From contig NIVC01000882.1 in the NCBI GenBank assembly GCA_002269645.1, positions 186,001 through 250,000 on the forward strand: 64,000 nt of DNA, in the 5' to 3' direction. The notes under the pieces were generated by a model. It was not told where the DNA came from. It saw only the letters and a program-made list of their open reading frames with translations, and searched no databases. A program made the position numbers and the translations under genes. Position 1 is the first letter of the stretch, and the number at the start of each line of letters is the position of its first letter. Below, piece after piece: positions 27,054-39,400 of this stretch. Source of the DNA: Macrostomum lignano. Its lineage: Eukaryota.

Positions 27054-28257
27054 CCAGTCAAGATCATGTCATGGGCCTGGTATATGCCGGAATAAAAAGT
27101 CCCCTAAAAAAATCTATGCCACTTCATACTAAAACATACGCCAAGTTCCTAGGAACTTATGCCAGGTTTTCTAGGCTTTGCAACAATAAATGACCTTTTT
27201 TGTGTGTTACACATTTTTTTAACAATAAAAATTTAACAAATGTGTGGTTTTCCTTTAAAGTAAATTGGCTCACAGATAATGCCAACAAAAATCAATTTTT
27301 GTTTAAGTTTTTTTAGAAAATTAACATGATTAGTTTGCGTGGAATTTTAAATTTTTATAATAAGATTCTGAGGTTACGGCGTTATGCCAATAATTGTTAA
27401 TATTAACTTTGACATGAAGGTTGGAGTTGGCATACGCTGCTTGGCATATTTACGCCACGGCATCACGCCAAAAGGTACGCCAAATATATTTTGCCTCATT
27501 TTTTACGCCAATTGTATACCAAAAAAAGTAAAATTTTTAATTGTATGCCGGAAATTTCTGGCATAATGTACATCATCCTCACTATGGTAGAAGATTCCTA
27601 TAGTTGTAACAGTAAGTTAATAATAGGCCCTACTGTTATACCCATTTGTTTCTTTCTAGCCATGCCAGGTTGCGGATGGTATGCATATATGCTGGAACTT
27701 TTCCAGCATACAAAATGGCCACCTTAAGTCCTTGGCATACACAATCAGCGTATACAACCCCTGGCAAACTTTGTTGGCATACACTATTGGTGTGCACTAG
27801 GCCACTAGTAACATAGCCATGTATACTTTTTTGGCATACAGATTTTGGTGAATAAATTCATGCCATGCATGAAAATTGTAATGTAAATTACGTTTTTATG
27901 TAAAGTAATAATGGATTTGGATCGTCAGTGATAAAATTTTTGCTTCTTTTGAAATTAACAATGAATAAAATTAGTGTAAATTTTTGCTAAGAGTATCAAT
28001 TTTGTGTCATATTTTTTGTAGGTGTAATTTAAGTTTGTTTAAATTTAAAATATTTGTAATATTTTAAAAAAAAACTTTTCATACAAAAGCCTTTCTTAGA
28101 AAACTCTAGTCATGAACAATGAAAACCATATTACCTTTTTTAGGAATTTTTGGCATGCATTTTAGTGCAAAATTTTGTTTTTTGCGTACATTGGCGTACA
28201 AAGTCCTTGACATCTGAATTTGGTCCGGCGTACATGGATACATGATCCTTACACTGG
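27054..28257. mobile_element. Degenerate MITE-like element, copy 1 (imperfect TIRs CCAGT..AGATCATG..TAYGCCGGA)
   Basis: Left end CCAGTCAAGATCATGTCATGGGCCTGGTATATGCCGGA; right end (reverse complement) CCAGTGTAAGGATCATGTATCCATGTACGCCGGA. Many internal TAYGCC/GGCRTA motifs; no TSD found. Confidence 0.45.
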
Positions 28258-29486
28258 TAGCCATAGTAGCAAAACAAAATTCTCCTGGTTCCCTTTGCAT
28301 TTCCCCTACATGGGAACTATTTCCCTGCATTTTGTTTCTATCCCCCTTTATTTTTGTTTTACTTACAATGTATTTTAAACAATTTTTTTAATTAAGGTAT
28401 TATATAGTAGGGCCTAACAAAAGTGAATATAAGGATTGTGCTCTATATTAAGCTACAATTGTTGGATTCTTGCATGTCTACATCTAATTCCCCTCTCACT
28501 TTCATTTTACAATGCATTCTTAACAAATTCTTCATTTAGGATATCATATAACAAAAATTAATATAGGATTGAGCTCTATTAAGCTATAATTGTAGCATTT
28601 TTGCAATCATGTCTATGTCCCACTATTCTCATTTTCTCACTATTCTCACTATTTTTCATTGGGTATTGTATAACAAAATTGATGCAAAATGTGGATATTA
28701 TAAAACAAAAGGATGCCTAATATATATATATATTGTGCCATTATATGATACATATACTTATTTTGGATTTTAAAAAGGCCATGTGTTGCTAGTAGGGCCT
28801 ACATGCTTAAAAGAATCACATTAAAATTATAAAAAAATTGTACTTTCTTCAGTTTAAATAAGAAAATTTATGTAGTGTAAAGTTGTGAGTTCACAGTTTA
28901 ACATTTTTTGCAAAAATATTGTAAATACAAAAAAGGATAATACCTTTATAAAAATTGTTTATAGCTTTTTTATTCATATATATTTATATTGATTTGAGAG
29001 TAAGCTTAGGGACTAGGAGATTTCATACTCTACTTATTGCAAGCATACCCGGTGCACTATTATTTTGCCTTCTTCTTTTGGTGCATAGAAGTATATGCCA
29101 CTTCTAGTGCACATGTAATATGATTTTGACTAGGTCTATGGACAGGGTGGGCCCTAAGTAAAAACATATTTTTTTATATTTTATTAAAGATCTAGTCCCC
29201 AGCTTATGCCCAATGTTATAATGGCTTACAATAGGCCCTAATTATAATAAGATTATCTAAAAGCAGCTTATTTTTTAAATTTTTGAATAGGCTTAAAATA
29301 TAAAAATTAGAAAAATTCTTACAATTCTATTTCAAAATTCTTAGTTTGTGTTAGTTGGTCTTAATTCATTGCATACAACTATATATGATAAATAGTCAGC
29401 CATTGCAAACTGCTTACTATATTGTATGCAAATTATATTATATACCTTGGCTAGCACTCTATTGTATTCTTAGCCAATGACAGTTG

Positions 29487-29942
29487 CCATAGTCCAGAAG
29501 GTGGCCTGTACGCTGGAATTTTCCGGTGTATTTTTGCTTTCGCTGACAATCTTGGCATACACTTGGCGTATAGAATTTTCAGGTTCAACATGAAGTGTAC
29601 ACAGTTGGCATACAAAAATAGCCAAGTTCAAGGCTAATGTAATTGTGTAGTTAAATATCAACCAACGTAGAAGGCTCTTTAAAAATAATCGGAAACTAAA
29701 ATAGAAAATATGAACACAATCACGAGAAAATCAAAATTAAAACAGAATATCAGTTTTTAGCAAAAACAGCTGTTTTAAAGTTCAGTAAAAGTTTTGAGTT
29801 CCTAAAAATATATATTCATTAAAAATGGTATATAAACAATTTTAGTTTTGGCGTAAAATTTTTATTTTATTTTACATTGGCATAAAATTGAAAAAACATG
29901 AATTTTCATTCTGGCGTATACCTTCCATGATCTGGACTATGG
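29487..29942. mobile_element. Degenerate MITE-like element, copy 2 of the same family (TIR CCATAGTCCAGA)
   Basis: CCATAGTCCAGA at 29487 and its reverse complement TCTGGACTATGG ending at 29942; imperfect extension to about 33 nt; GGCRTA subterminal motifs. Confidence 0.55.
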
Positions 29943-30613
29943 GACAATTGCCTAAGTCCAACAATCTACATATAAGTCACAATAGTGTTGGCTATGGTAC
30001 CACCTATTGTTTGAGCTAGCTATATAAAGCCTAAGAAATATTCCTTGATTAGATGCTTGCTTGATAGGCCACTTTCATTTTGAACAAACCTAATAGAAAT
30101 AGAGTTACAGGCAAAAGACATCTATCATTTTGTCTATTATTACTGACCATTTAGGATTTGTTAGCATCCTTGATAATACACTGCTAAAGCTATTGTCCAA
30201 TAATTGATATAAGTTAATTTTGCACCTGTACCAAATAGTACCAAAATGCTTTAGTTTATTGAGATACCCTGCTAGTTCCACATCTCTAGAGGCTGCCTTT
30301 AATTGAAGTAAGGCTTGAAAGTTGCCTTCTATAGATTCTATGTCAACATCTGAGGATGGACAACATAGAGGCTTATCCTCACAATGACCACAAGTGGCAA
30401 TTCTACATCAAATCAAAGTCAAGACAATGCGTTACAGTCATTTCCTATTGTTGGCTATTTTAGCTATTAGTGCCTTGTCCTAGAGCTAGATGTTCAGCTA
30501 TTGACTACTCCTGTACTAACATAAAGTTAGTGGCTGTCTCCTTTGCAAACTTATGATAATGAGTTTTATTATGAGTCTTGACACCTTTGCTAGCCTTAAA
30601 AATATGTTTATAG

Positions 30614-31140
30614 TAGTGTTCTGCCATAAGGGGGTCCATACGCTATAGCCATAGCCGTAAGCAAAACTATGGCTTCTTCCAATTCTCTATATTCCGTAGC
30701 CATAGGGATCCCAATATTAGCATATTCCCATAGTTCCCTTTAGCCATAGCCATAGTTTTGACAAAAAGTCTAGGAAATAAAGTAATTTGAATCAGGAGCA
30801 TAACTTGGTACTTAAACAATTACAAATAAAGGTAGAAACTCAAACTAACACTCGATTGCCTTTTGTAAGATCACATTTCAATCATTTTTAAGTTTTTGAA
30901 TCTATGATGCAGTTTATACTAAATATCTCTGTTTTATTTTGCCTCTTTCTAATATTTATTAATTTTTTTAAATTTATAAATACAGCTGCAGTAATCTATG
31001 GAATGTGACTGCAATTACCATATTTCTGTAGTTGTAGCCATAAGAGCAGCTATCTACTGTAGGTGTATCTAGCTGCTGTAGGCAACTATTTTACCATATT
31101 TGCCATAGGATCCCATAGCCATAGCTATGGCGGAACACTA
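30614..31140. mobile_element. hAT-type non-autonomous element (MITE), 527 bp
   Basis: 15-bp TIR TAGTGTTC(T/C)GCCATA with 1 mismatch; perfect 8-bp TSD GTTTATAG at 30606-30613 and 31141-31148. An 8-bp TSD with a YARNG terminus is the hAT signature. Confidence 0.85.
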
Positions 31141-31358
31141 GTTTATAGTCCTTGAAAGCGGTATGAAATGGTACCTCATATATCAAAACTAGCCATGATT
31201 TGATTAGTATTGCATTTATTTTTATAGTGAATGGCAGCTATCTACATGTAACTCTTAATATTATTATAAAAAAAAACTTATCTTCTCATGACCTATACAA
31301 CAAAACCTGACACAATTGTTTATTAATGCCTACAATGAATTTTTAAGCTCTATTCAAA

Positions 31359-32575
31359 ATGAGTGAGGAGATGAATGAAATTCAAAAAGTATTCCAAGAT
31401 GAGGTGCACAAACAAATTGGCCTAATTGACAAACAGTACCTGCGCAAACTGCAAGCAGACACATTTCGCTGCTCAATTCGTTGCGTTGAAGATGTTCAGG
31501 TTAGTAGCTGGCAGATAAGTACTTCAATTATGTTTAGTATCTGGTTGTCTCATTTTAAGAAAGTTATTGCTGCTGTCAAGCAGTTCTTTAACATTTGACA
31601 CTATAGATTGACTAAAGATGGAATTGTGAATTGTTAATTTCAATGATAAATCCGAAATTAATATGTTGATAAATGGTAAATTATATATTTATTACCTATT
31701 CTAATTTTCTAACTCTTAATAATCCGATTGTCCTTAATATAATCCCGGTTCGTTAATCCTTAGTTGCTAGTCCCGAATTGCTAATTCTTAATAGCAAATC
31801 CCATTCTTTTTATCCTTAACTGCTAATCCCTATCCGTTAATCCTCAATTTCTAATCCCAATCATTTTATCCTTATTGCTAATCCTAATCCGTTAATCCTC
31901 AATTGCCAATCCCAATCGGTTTATCCTTAATCCTGAATAGCTAATCCCGATTGGTTAATCCTCCTGCTAATCCCAACCCGTTAATCCTCAATTGCTAATC
32001 CCGATTCGTTAATCCTTCATCGCTATTCCCAACATCGCTAATTCCCAATGCCTAATCCCAACATCGCTAAACCCCAATGCCTAATCCCAACATCGCTAAA
32101 CCCCAATGCCTAATCCCAACATCGCTAAACCCCAATGCCTAATCCCAACATCGCTAATCCCCAATGCCTAATCCCAACATCGCTAATCCCCAATGCCTAA
32201 TCCCAACATCGCTAATCCCCAATGCCTAATCCCAACATCGCTAATCCCCAACGCCTAATCCCCAAGGCCTATCCGAGCCCCCGCGACTCGCAGAGCTGCC
32301 TGGAGCGATGCGGCCAAGTTGTTCAACAGGCTGAGAAAGACATCGAAGTGGAGCTGTCGGGCTTTCAAAACCGAGTCCAGCGTTGCATGATGGACTGCGG
32401 CGACAGGGCGAAGGACGGCCTGCCGGCCTCGCCAAGCTCCGATCAGATCGCCAAAGCTCGAGTCGCTTCGGAGGCGTGCGCAGAGAAGTGCGTGCGCACC
32501 CATCTGGAGCAGCATCTGCCTACGGCGATGAAAAAAATTGGCGAACGACTCAAAGGCTACAAAGTGTCCTTGTAG
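31359..32575 (+). CDS. FAM136A: FAM136A (DUF842 twin-Cx3C protein), 149 aa; join(31359..31499,32267..32575)
   Basis: LRKLQADTFRCSIRC, CLERC, ELSGFQNRVQRCMMDCGDRAKD and CAEKCVRTH match the FAM136A pattern; phase-0 GT-AG intron. Confidence 0.92.
31730..32265. repeat. CTAAT-rich repeat resolving into a 29-mer (CCTAATCCCAACATCGCTAA[A/T]CCCCAATG) that runs into the FAM136A acceptor
   Basis: Read directly. Confidence 0.9.
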
Positions 32576-32809
32576 AAATGACTTGAACTTGGTCTTTGTC
32601 TATCCGTGCTTAAATGCGGTTCGAGTTAGAATAGCTTAATGATATTTTAACAACTATTTGTCTCCGACTATTGTTAGTTCAATTCAGACATCTGGGTTTG
32701 CTCGCAGCAATAATTATTCACTTTTAATTTTGTTAGTTAACTGTTCAAATAAATGAATTGATTTTGAAGTGTTCAACTCTTCTTTGGGATGATATGCTTT
32801 TCATGCAGT

Positions 32810-33440
32810 TGTCCCCATAGTGTATCTGGATTCCCCATAGTGTATCTGGATTCCCCATAGTGTATCTGAATTCCCCCATAGTGTAGCTGAATTCTCCCAT
32901 AGTGTAGCTGAATTCTCCCATAGTGTATCTGAATCCCCCATAGACAGTGTCTGAATTCCCCTATAGACAGTGTCTGAATCCTCCCATAGACATTTGAATC
33001 CCCCCATAGACACTGTCTGAATTCCCCCCATAGACAGTGTCTGAATTCCCCCAAAGACAGTGTCTGAATTCCCCCCATAGACTGTATCTGAATCCCCCCT
33101 ATAGACAGTGTCTGAATTCTCCCATAGACAGTATCTGAATTCCCCCATAGACAGTATCTGAATTCCCCTATATACAGTGTCTGAATTCTCCTATAGACAG
33201 TATTTTAATTCCCCCATAGTGTATCTGAATTCCCCATAGTGTATCCGAATTCACCCGTAGTGTATCTGAATCCCCCATAGACAGTGTCTGAATTCCCCTA
33301 TAGACAGTGTCTGAATTCCCCTATAGACAGTGTCTGAATTCCCCCATAGACAGTGTCTGAATTCCCCCATAGACAGTATCTGAATTCCCCCATAGACAGT
33401 ATCTGAATTCCCCCATGCTGTATCTGAGTTCCTTCATAGA
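32810..33440. repeat. About 20-22-nt repeat (CCCCATAGACAGTGTCTGAATT)n filling the FAM136A-INTS5 spacer
   Basis: Read directly. Confidence 0.93.
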
Positions 33441-33488
33441 CATTTAAATTGTCGGAATTCCCTGTCCCTCTGCAACAGCAGGCCAGCA

Positions 33489-36400
33489 ATGGCCGCACCG
33501 CAGGGCACAGAGCTGGGCCTGTTCATCGCGGCCAGCAGCGGCGGGGTCCAACTCAACTCGGAGGCTATGGCCGACCTGGCATTGAATCTCCTTCGCACAG
33601 TGCCGCAGGCGCGCCTAGCCGTGTTGGAGCACTTCAGCAGCGTGTTTAACGACTACGTGTGCAATAGCGCTTTGCACGCCAAATCAACCCAGTGCGAGCC
33701 GGTGCGCAAGACTCTAGCCAATCATATTAGCCGGCTTTGCTCGGCCTTGGATCAGCTGATGCCAACGGCTCCAACGGGATTCGCTAGCGACGTCTGCCGT
33801 TGGAGTTTGGACCTGTTGGCCAGCTTGTGCCTGAAGTACGCGCCGCATGTGATTGGCGAGGCGCATCAGATCCAGCGGAGCCGGGATGGTTGGTTGCTCA
33901 GACTGTTGTGTGGGATTATGGGACTATGGGATTATAGATTAGTGGCTGCGGGATTATTGAGGGATTATGGGCTGTGGAATTATTGAATTAGGGATTATGG
34001 GCTGTGGGATTATTGAATTAGGGATTATGGGCTGTGGGATTATTGAATTAGAGATTATGGGCTGTGGGATTATTGAATTAGGGATTATGGGCTGTGGGAT
34101 TATTGAATTAGGGATTATGGGCTGTGTTACGTTTAGACTGGGATTATTTACCGGCTTCCAATATACTAAAAATGATGGACTATAATTAGGACATATTTAT
34201 GAACTTAAAAATATTTACTGGAAAAGCAGCAGAGGATTAATAGTTTTAAGAAGAAACGAGTGCATGCATATTCGAAGAGGAAATTTTGATTGTAGTACAG
34301 CTCGTAACTGCTGATTAGTGTACGATATCCAAGATTCGAGCTCGGGACCTAATATATCCTCCTACCCCTCCCTTCGAATGCCTAAAAGCAGCGGACAGGC
34401 AGCCAATGGAGGAGCGCACCCGCCAATGGCTATCAGTTCCCGGCATCCCCGAGCTGCTGGGCATCGCTCAGCGATTCGGCGAGCGCGACGATTTCTCGGA
34501 CGGCCTTCTGGCCGGCCAGCCGCAGCTCGACTGGTTGCTGGCGGCGCCGGCCGCGACTGTCGGACTTTGCGGTCGTCGGAGCGCCTCGGCTTCGGCTGCC
34601 GTTCTGGACCGTCTGTTGGACCGCGCTATGCGGGACAGCTCGACTAGGTGAGTGAGCCTGCTCTGGTGGCTTTATGATGTGAGTGAGTTAGTTAGTTAGT
34701 TTGTTTGTTTGTTTGTTAGTTAGTTAGTTAGTTATTTAGTTTGTTAGTTTGATAGTTATTAAGTTAGTTATTTAGTTTGTTTGTTAGTTAGTTAGTTATT
34801 TAGTTAGTTATTTAGTTAGTTAGTTAGTTTGTTAGTTTGTTAGTTTGTTAGTTTGTTAGTTTGTTTGTTAGTTAGTTAGTCAGTTAGTTAGTTAGTTAGT
34901 TAATAGTAGGTTAGCCAGCCAGTCAGTCAGTCAGTCAGTCAGTCAGTCAGTCAGTCAGCCAGTCATGCCTGTCTCATATGCACCCCATTCGCAGAGACGG
35001 CTCCGGTCGGGTGCCGCCCAGCCTGCTGGATCTGCTGGCTCACCTGGCTGTCAACCGGCGTGGCGAACTCTGCGCCGCACTGCGCCGACTCTGCCGCAAA
35101 GCGGAGTCCGACCGGCGCCAGCTGGCCTCCTTCCTGCTGCACCTGGCCGCCTTTGGCTCGGCCGGGCTGTCCGGCCTGCTGGTCGAGCTGGCCGTCAGAT
35201 TCGCCTCGGCCAATCCAGAGCAGCTCGCTGGCGCCCTCGACGCGATGCTATCCGACAATCCCGACGCCGTGGTCGATGCTGCCGAGCGTCGACAGATGGC
35301 CGCCTCAGTGCTGCTTCGCTGCCAGGAGCCGTCCGGTCTCCGCATGCTGCGGCTTCTCCTTCAGGCGGTCCGACGGCGGCCAAACGCCGGCCAGTCGAAG
35401 ACCTGCGCCTTGTTGCTGGCCAGCGTGTCCTCATCCGCTCTGCGATCTCTGCCTGGCTCGCTGCAGCCGGGCCAGCAGGAGCCGCAGCAGGCGCTGCTTC
35501 GCCTGACTGACCGTCTGACAGCCAGGTGTCCGTATTCTGCCCGCCTGCTAGCTGCGGCCGCTGTCGCTGGCGGCCGGCCCGGCTGTCTGCAGCGGCTACT
35601 CCGGCCAGCTTTAACCGGACATCCGAAACTGCTGCTGCAGGCGCTGGATGTTATCGAACTGCACGATAGCGGTGAGGGCTGTTTGGAAGGATTAAGTTAT
35701 TGGCGTTAAAATATCCCATTAAGTTTCATGTTTCAGCCTTAAAATGCTCGTATTTGAACAACTTAACTATCGGGTGTCGGTTTAAAAGAACTACTTTTTG
35801 AGATATTTTTTGCCTTCTCAAAACTAGTTGCCTATCCTAAAATATCGGGCCTCGGCCTTCAAAAACTTTAAAAGTTGAAAGTGCCTTTGAGCTTTGAAAG
35901 TGCCAAAAAGGTCTTAATAAACCCCCCTTTGAAGAGATCCGCCTCTAAAAAAGCTTTCTTAAAAAATCGGCCTTCAAAATGCCTTCTGAAAAATCGGCTT
36001 TTGGAAATTGCTTCGAAAGAATCTGCCTTCATAAATTTCTTGAGAAAATCGGCCTTTAAAAGTGTCTTTTGAAAAAATAGGCCTTTAAAACTTTCTTGAA
36101 AAAAAAACCAGCCTTTAAAAGTTTCTTTTGAAGAAATCGGCCTTCAAAAATGCCTTTTTGAAGAAATCAGCCTTCAATACTGCATTTAAAAAATCGATAA
36201 ACACCTTATGAAAAAATTGGCTTTCAAAAGCAACGTTAAGATTTCCTTATCTTTGAAAATTTCTTGACCTCTTTAAGGACTCGTAAGGATTTAATTCGAA
36301 ATGATTTTTATAACAATCAAGTCAGCGGTAAGTCAATAAAACTGCCTTCTAGATGCCGCAGACGCCATTGCCGACTGCCTGCTTCAGCGGCTGCTGTCTG

Positions 36401-39400
36401 CTGCCGATTGGCGCCTTCGCCGGCACCTCCTACGCAGCGCCGGCGCTCTCCTAGCCGAAGAGGCCAGCCAGGAGCGGCGCCGATTGGCTGGCGCTCTCGG
36501 CCGCCAGCTGCCTCGCCTGCTGCGCCTGCTGGACGCCGGGCCGGGGCCGGCCGGTGTTGCCGACCTGCTGGCGCTGACTGGCCGGCTGGAGTTTCACAGA
36601 TCTGTGAGCGCTGCCGCTTTTACTGAACTGATTTGGGATTTAGGCGCTTTGCATAGGCTTGAAATTTCACACGTGTCTTGTTACTCACTTTTGCTAGCTT
36701 ATAACTTCACTCTGGCAGTTTCGAGTTGGAGAAGTTTTGATCTTGTGAAGTCTCGAGCTTGGGAAGTTTTGATCTTGTGAAGTTTCGAGTTTGAGAAGTT
36801 TTGATCTTGTGATGTTTTGAGCTTAAGAAGTTTTGATCTTGTGAAGTTTCGAGCTTGAGAAGTTTTGATCTTGTGAAGTTTCGAGTTTGAGAAGTTTTGA
36901 GCTTGTGAAGTTTCGAGCTTGAGAAGTTTTGATCTTGTGAAGTTTCGAGTTTGAGAAGTTTTGAGCTTGTGAAGTTTCGAGTTTGAGAAGTTTTGATCTT
37001 GTGAAGTTTCGAGTTTGAGAAGTTTTGAGCTTGTGAAGTTTCGAGTTTGAGAAGTTTTGAGCTTGTGAAGTTTCGAGTTTGAGAAGTTTTGATCTTGTGA
37101 AGTTTCGAGTTTGAGAAGTTTTGAGCTTGTGAAGTTTCGAGCTTGAGAAGTTTTGATCTTGTGAAGTTTCGAGCTTGAGAAGTTTTGATCTTGTGAAGTT
37201 TCGAGCTTGAGAAGTTTTGATCTTGTGAAGTTTCGAGTTTGAGAAGTTTTGAGCTTGTGAAGTTTCGAGTTTGAGAAGTTTTGATCTTGTGAAGTTTCGA
37301 GTTTGAGAAGTTTTGAGCTTGTGAAGTTTCGAGTTTGAGAAGTTTTGATCTTGTGAAGTTTCGAGTTTGAGAAGTTTTGAGCTTGTGAAGTTTCGAGCTT
37401 GAGAAGTTTTGATCTTGTGAAGTTTCGAGCTTGAGAAGTTTTGATCTTGTGAAGTTTCGAGCTTGAGAAGTTTTGATCTTGTGAAGTTTCGAGCTTGAGA
37501 AGTTTTGATCTTGTGAAGTTTCGAGCTTGAGAAGTTTTGATCTTGTGAAGTTTCGAGTTTGAGAAGTTTTGATCTTGTGAAGTTTCGAGCTTGAGAAGTT
37601 TTGATCTTGTGAAGTTTCGAGCTTGAGAAGTTTTGATCTTGTGAAGTTTCGAGCTTGAGAAGTTTTGATCTTGTGAAGTTTCGAGCTTGAGAAGTTTTGA
37701 TCTTGTGAAGTTTCGAGTTTGAGAAGTTTTGAGCTTGTGAAGTTTCGAGCTTGAGAAGTTTTGATCTTGTGAAGTTTCGAGTTTGAGAAGTTTTGAGCTT
37801 GTGAAGTTTCGAGTTTGAGAAGTTTTGATCTTGTGAAGTTTCGAGTTTGAGAAGTTTTGAGCTTGTGAAGTTTCGAGTTTGAGAAGTTTTGATCTTGTGA
37901 AGTTTCGAGTTTGAGAAGTTTTGAGCTTGTGAAGTTTCGAGCTTGAGAAGTTTTGATCTTGTGAAGTTTCGAGCTTGAGAAGTTTTGATCTTGTGAAGTT
38001 TCGAGCTTGAGAAGTTTTGATCTTGTGAAGTTTCGAGTTTGAGAAGTTTTGATCTTGTGAAGTTTCGAGCTTGAGAAGTTTTGATCTTGTGAAGTTTCGA
38101 GCTTGAGAAGTTTTGATCTTGTGAAGTTTCGAGTTTGAGAAGTTTTGATCTTGTGAAGTTTCGAGCTTGAGAAGTTTTGATCTTGTGAAGTTTCGAGTTT
38201 GAGAAGTTTTGAGCTTGTGAAGTTTCGAGTTTGAGAAGTTTTGATCTTGTATCCCATTTCGAGTTTGAGAAGTTTTGATCTTGTGAAATTTTGAGCTTGA
38301 GAAGTTTTGATCTTGTGAAGTCTCGAGCTTGAGAAATTTTGATCTTGTGAAGTCTCGAGCTTGAGAAGTTTTGATCTGTAACGTAACGTAACTGTAACGA
38401 TTCTATTTACAAGGCACCCTTAGCCGATTGCATAGCAGCCACAGGCGCTCTGTCCCGAGCTGTCGTTCACTGCCTGTTGGAATCTCCAGCCGATGAGACC
38501 GTCGGTCAAGTCGGCAGCCTGGCCGACCAGTTGGCCGACCAGCTGCTGGGCGCCGCCCGTCTCTATCCGCACTGCCGCGTCGCCGCCATCCGCCAGCTGG
38601 TCCAAGCCATGCTCTCGCCGTCGCCTCCGCCGCCTCCGCCTCCGTCGGCGTCGGTCGTAGCCGTCGACTCGCCGTCAACCGGCAGTGTGGCTTTAATCAC
38701 TTCGCGTCCGCCGAGTGTCGACGTCGCCGGCCAGCTGTTGAGACGGCGGGCACCGCTGGCCAATCGTTCTGCTGCCGCCGACGCTGCCAGCTCAATGTCG
38801 ATGACGTCGGCTGCCGAGATGCGCTGGTCAGCCGAGCAGGACCTGCTGGCTCTGCTGCACCGGCTGGTTATGGACGGCGACGCGGCCAAGTGTGGCGGCA
38901 GCGGCGGCTCCCAGGCCGCTGCCCGAGCCCTGGCCGTGGCCCTGTCTCAGGCCGCCTGTCCTGAGGGCGCCCTTCTGGCTATGGCCGCCACGCTAGACAA
39001 GGTGAGGCTGAGGTAGAGAGAGATGAGGCTGAAGTGGGGAGATGAGGCTGCGGTAAAGAGATGAGGCTGAAATGGGGAGATGAGGCTGAAGTGGGGAGAT
39101 GAGGCTGCGGTAAAGAGATGAGGCTGAAATGGGGAGATGAGGCTGAGATGGGAAGATGAGGCTGAGATGGGGAGATGAGACTGCGGTAAAGAGATAAGGC
39201 TGAGGTGGGGAGACGAGGCTGAGATGAGGAGATGAGGCTGCAGTGGGGAGATGAGGCTGAGATGGGAGATGAGGCTGAGATGGGAGATGAGGCTGAGGTG
39301 GGGAGATGAGGCTGAGATGAGGAGATGAGGCTGCAGTGGGGAGATGAGGCTGAGATGGGAGATGAGGCTAAGGTGGGGAGATGAGGCTGCGGTAAAGAGA

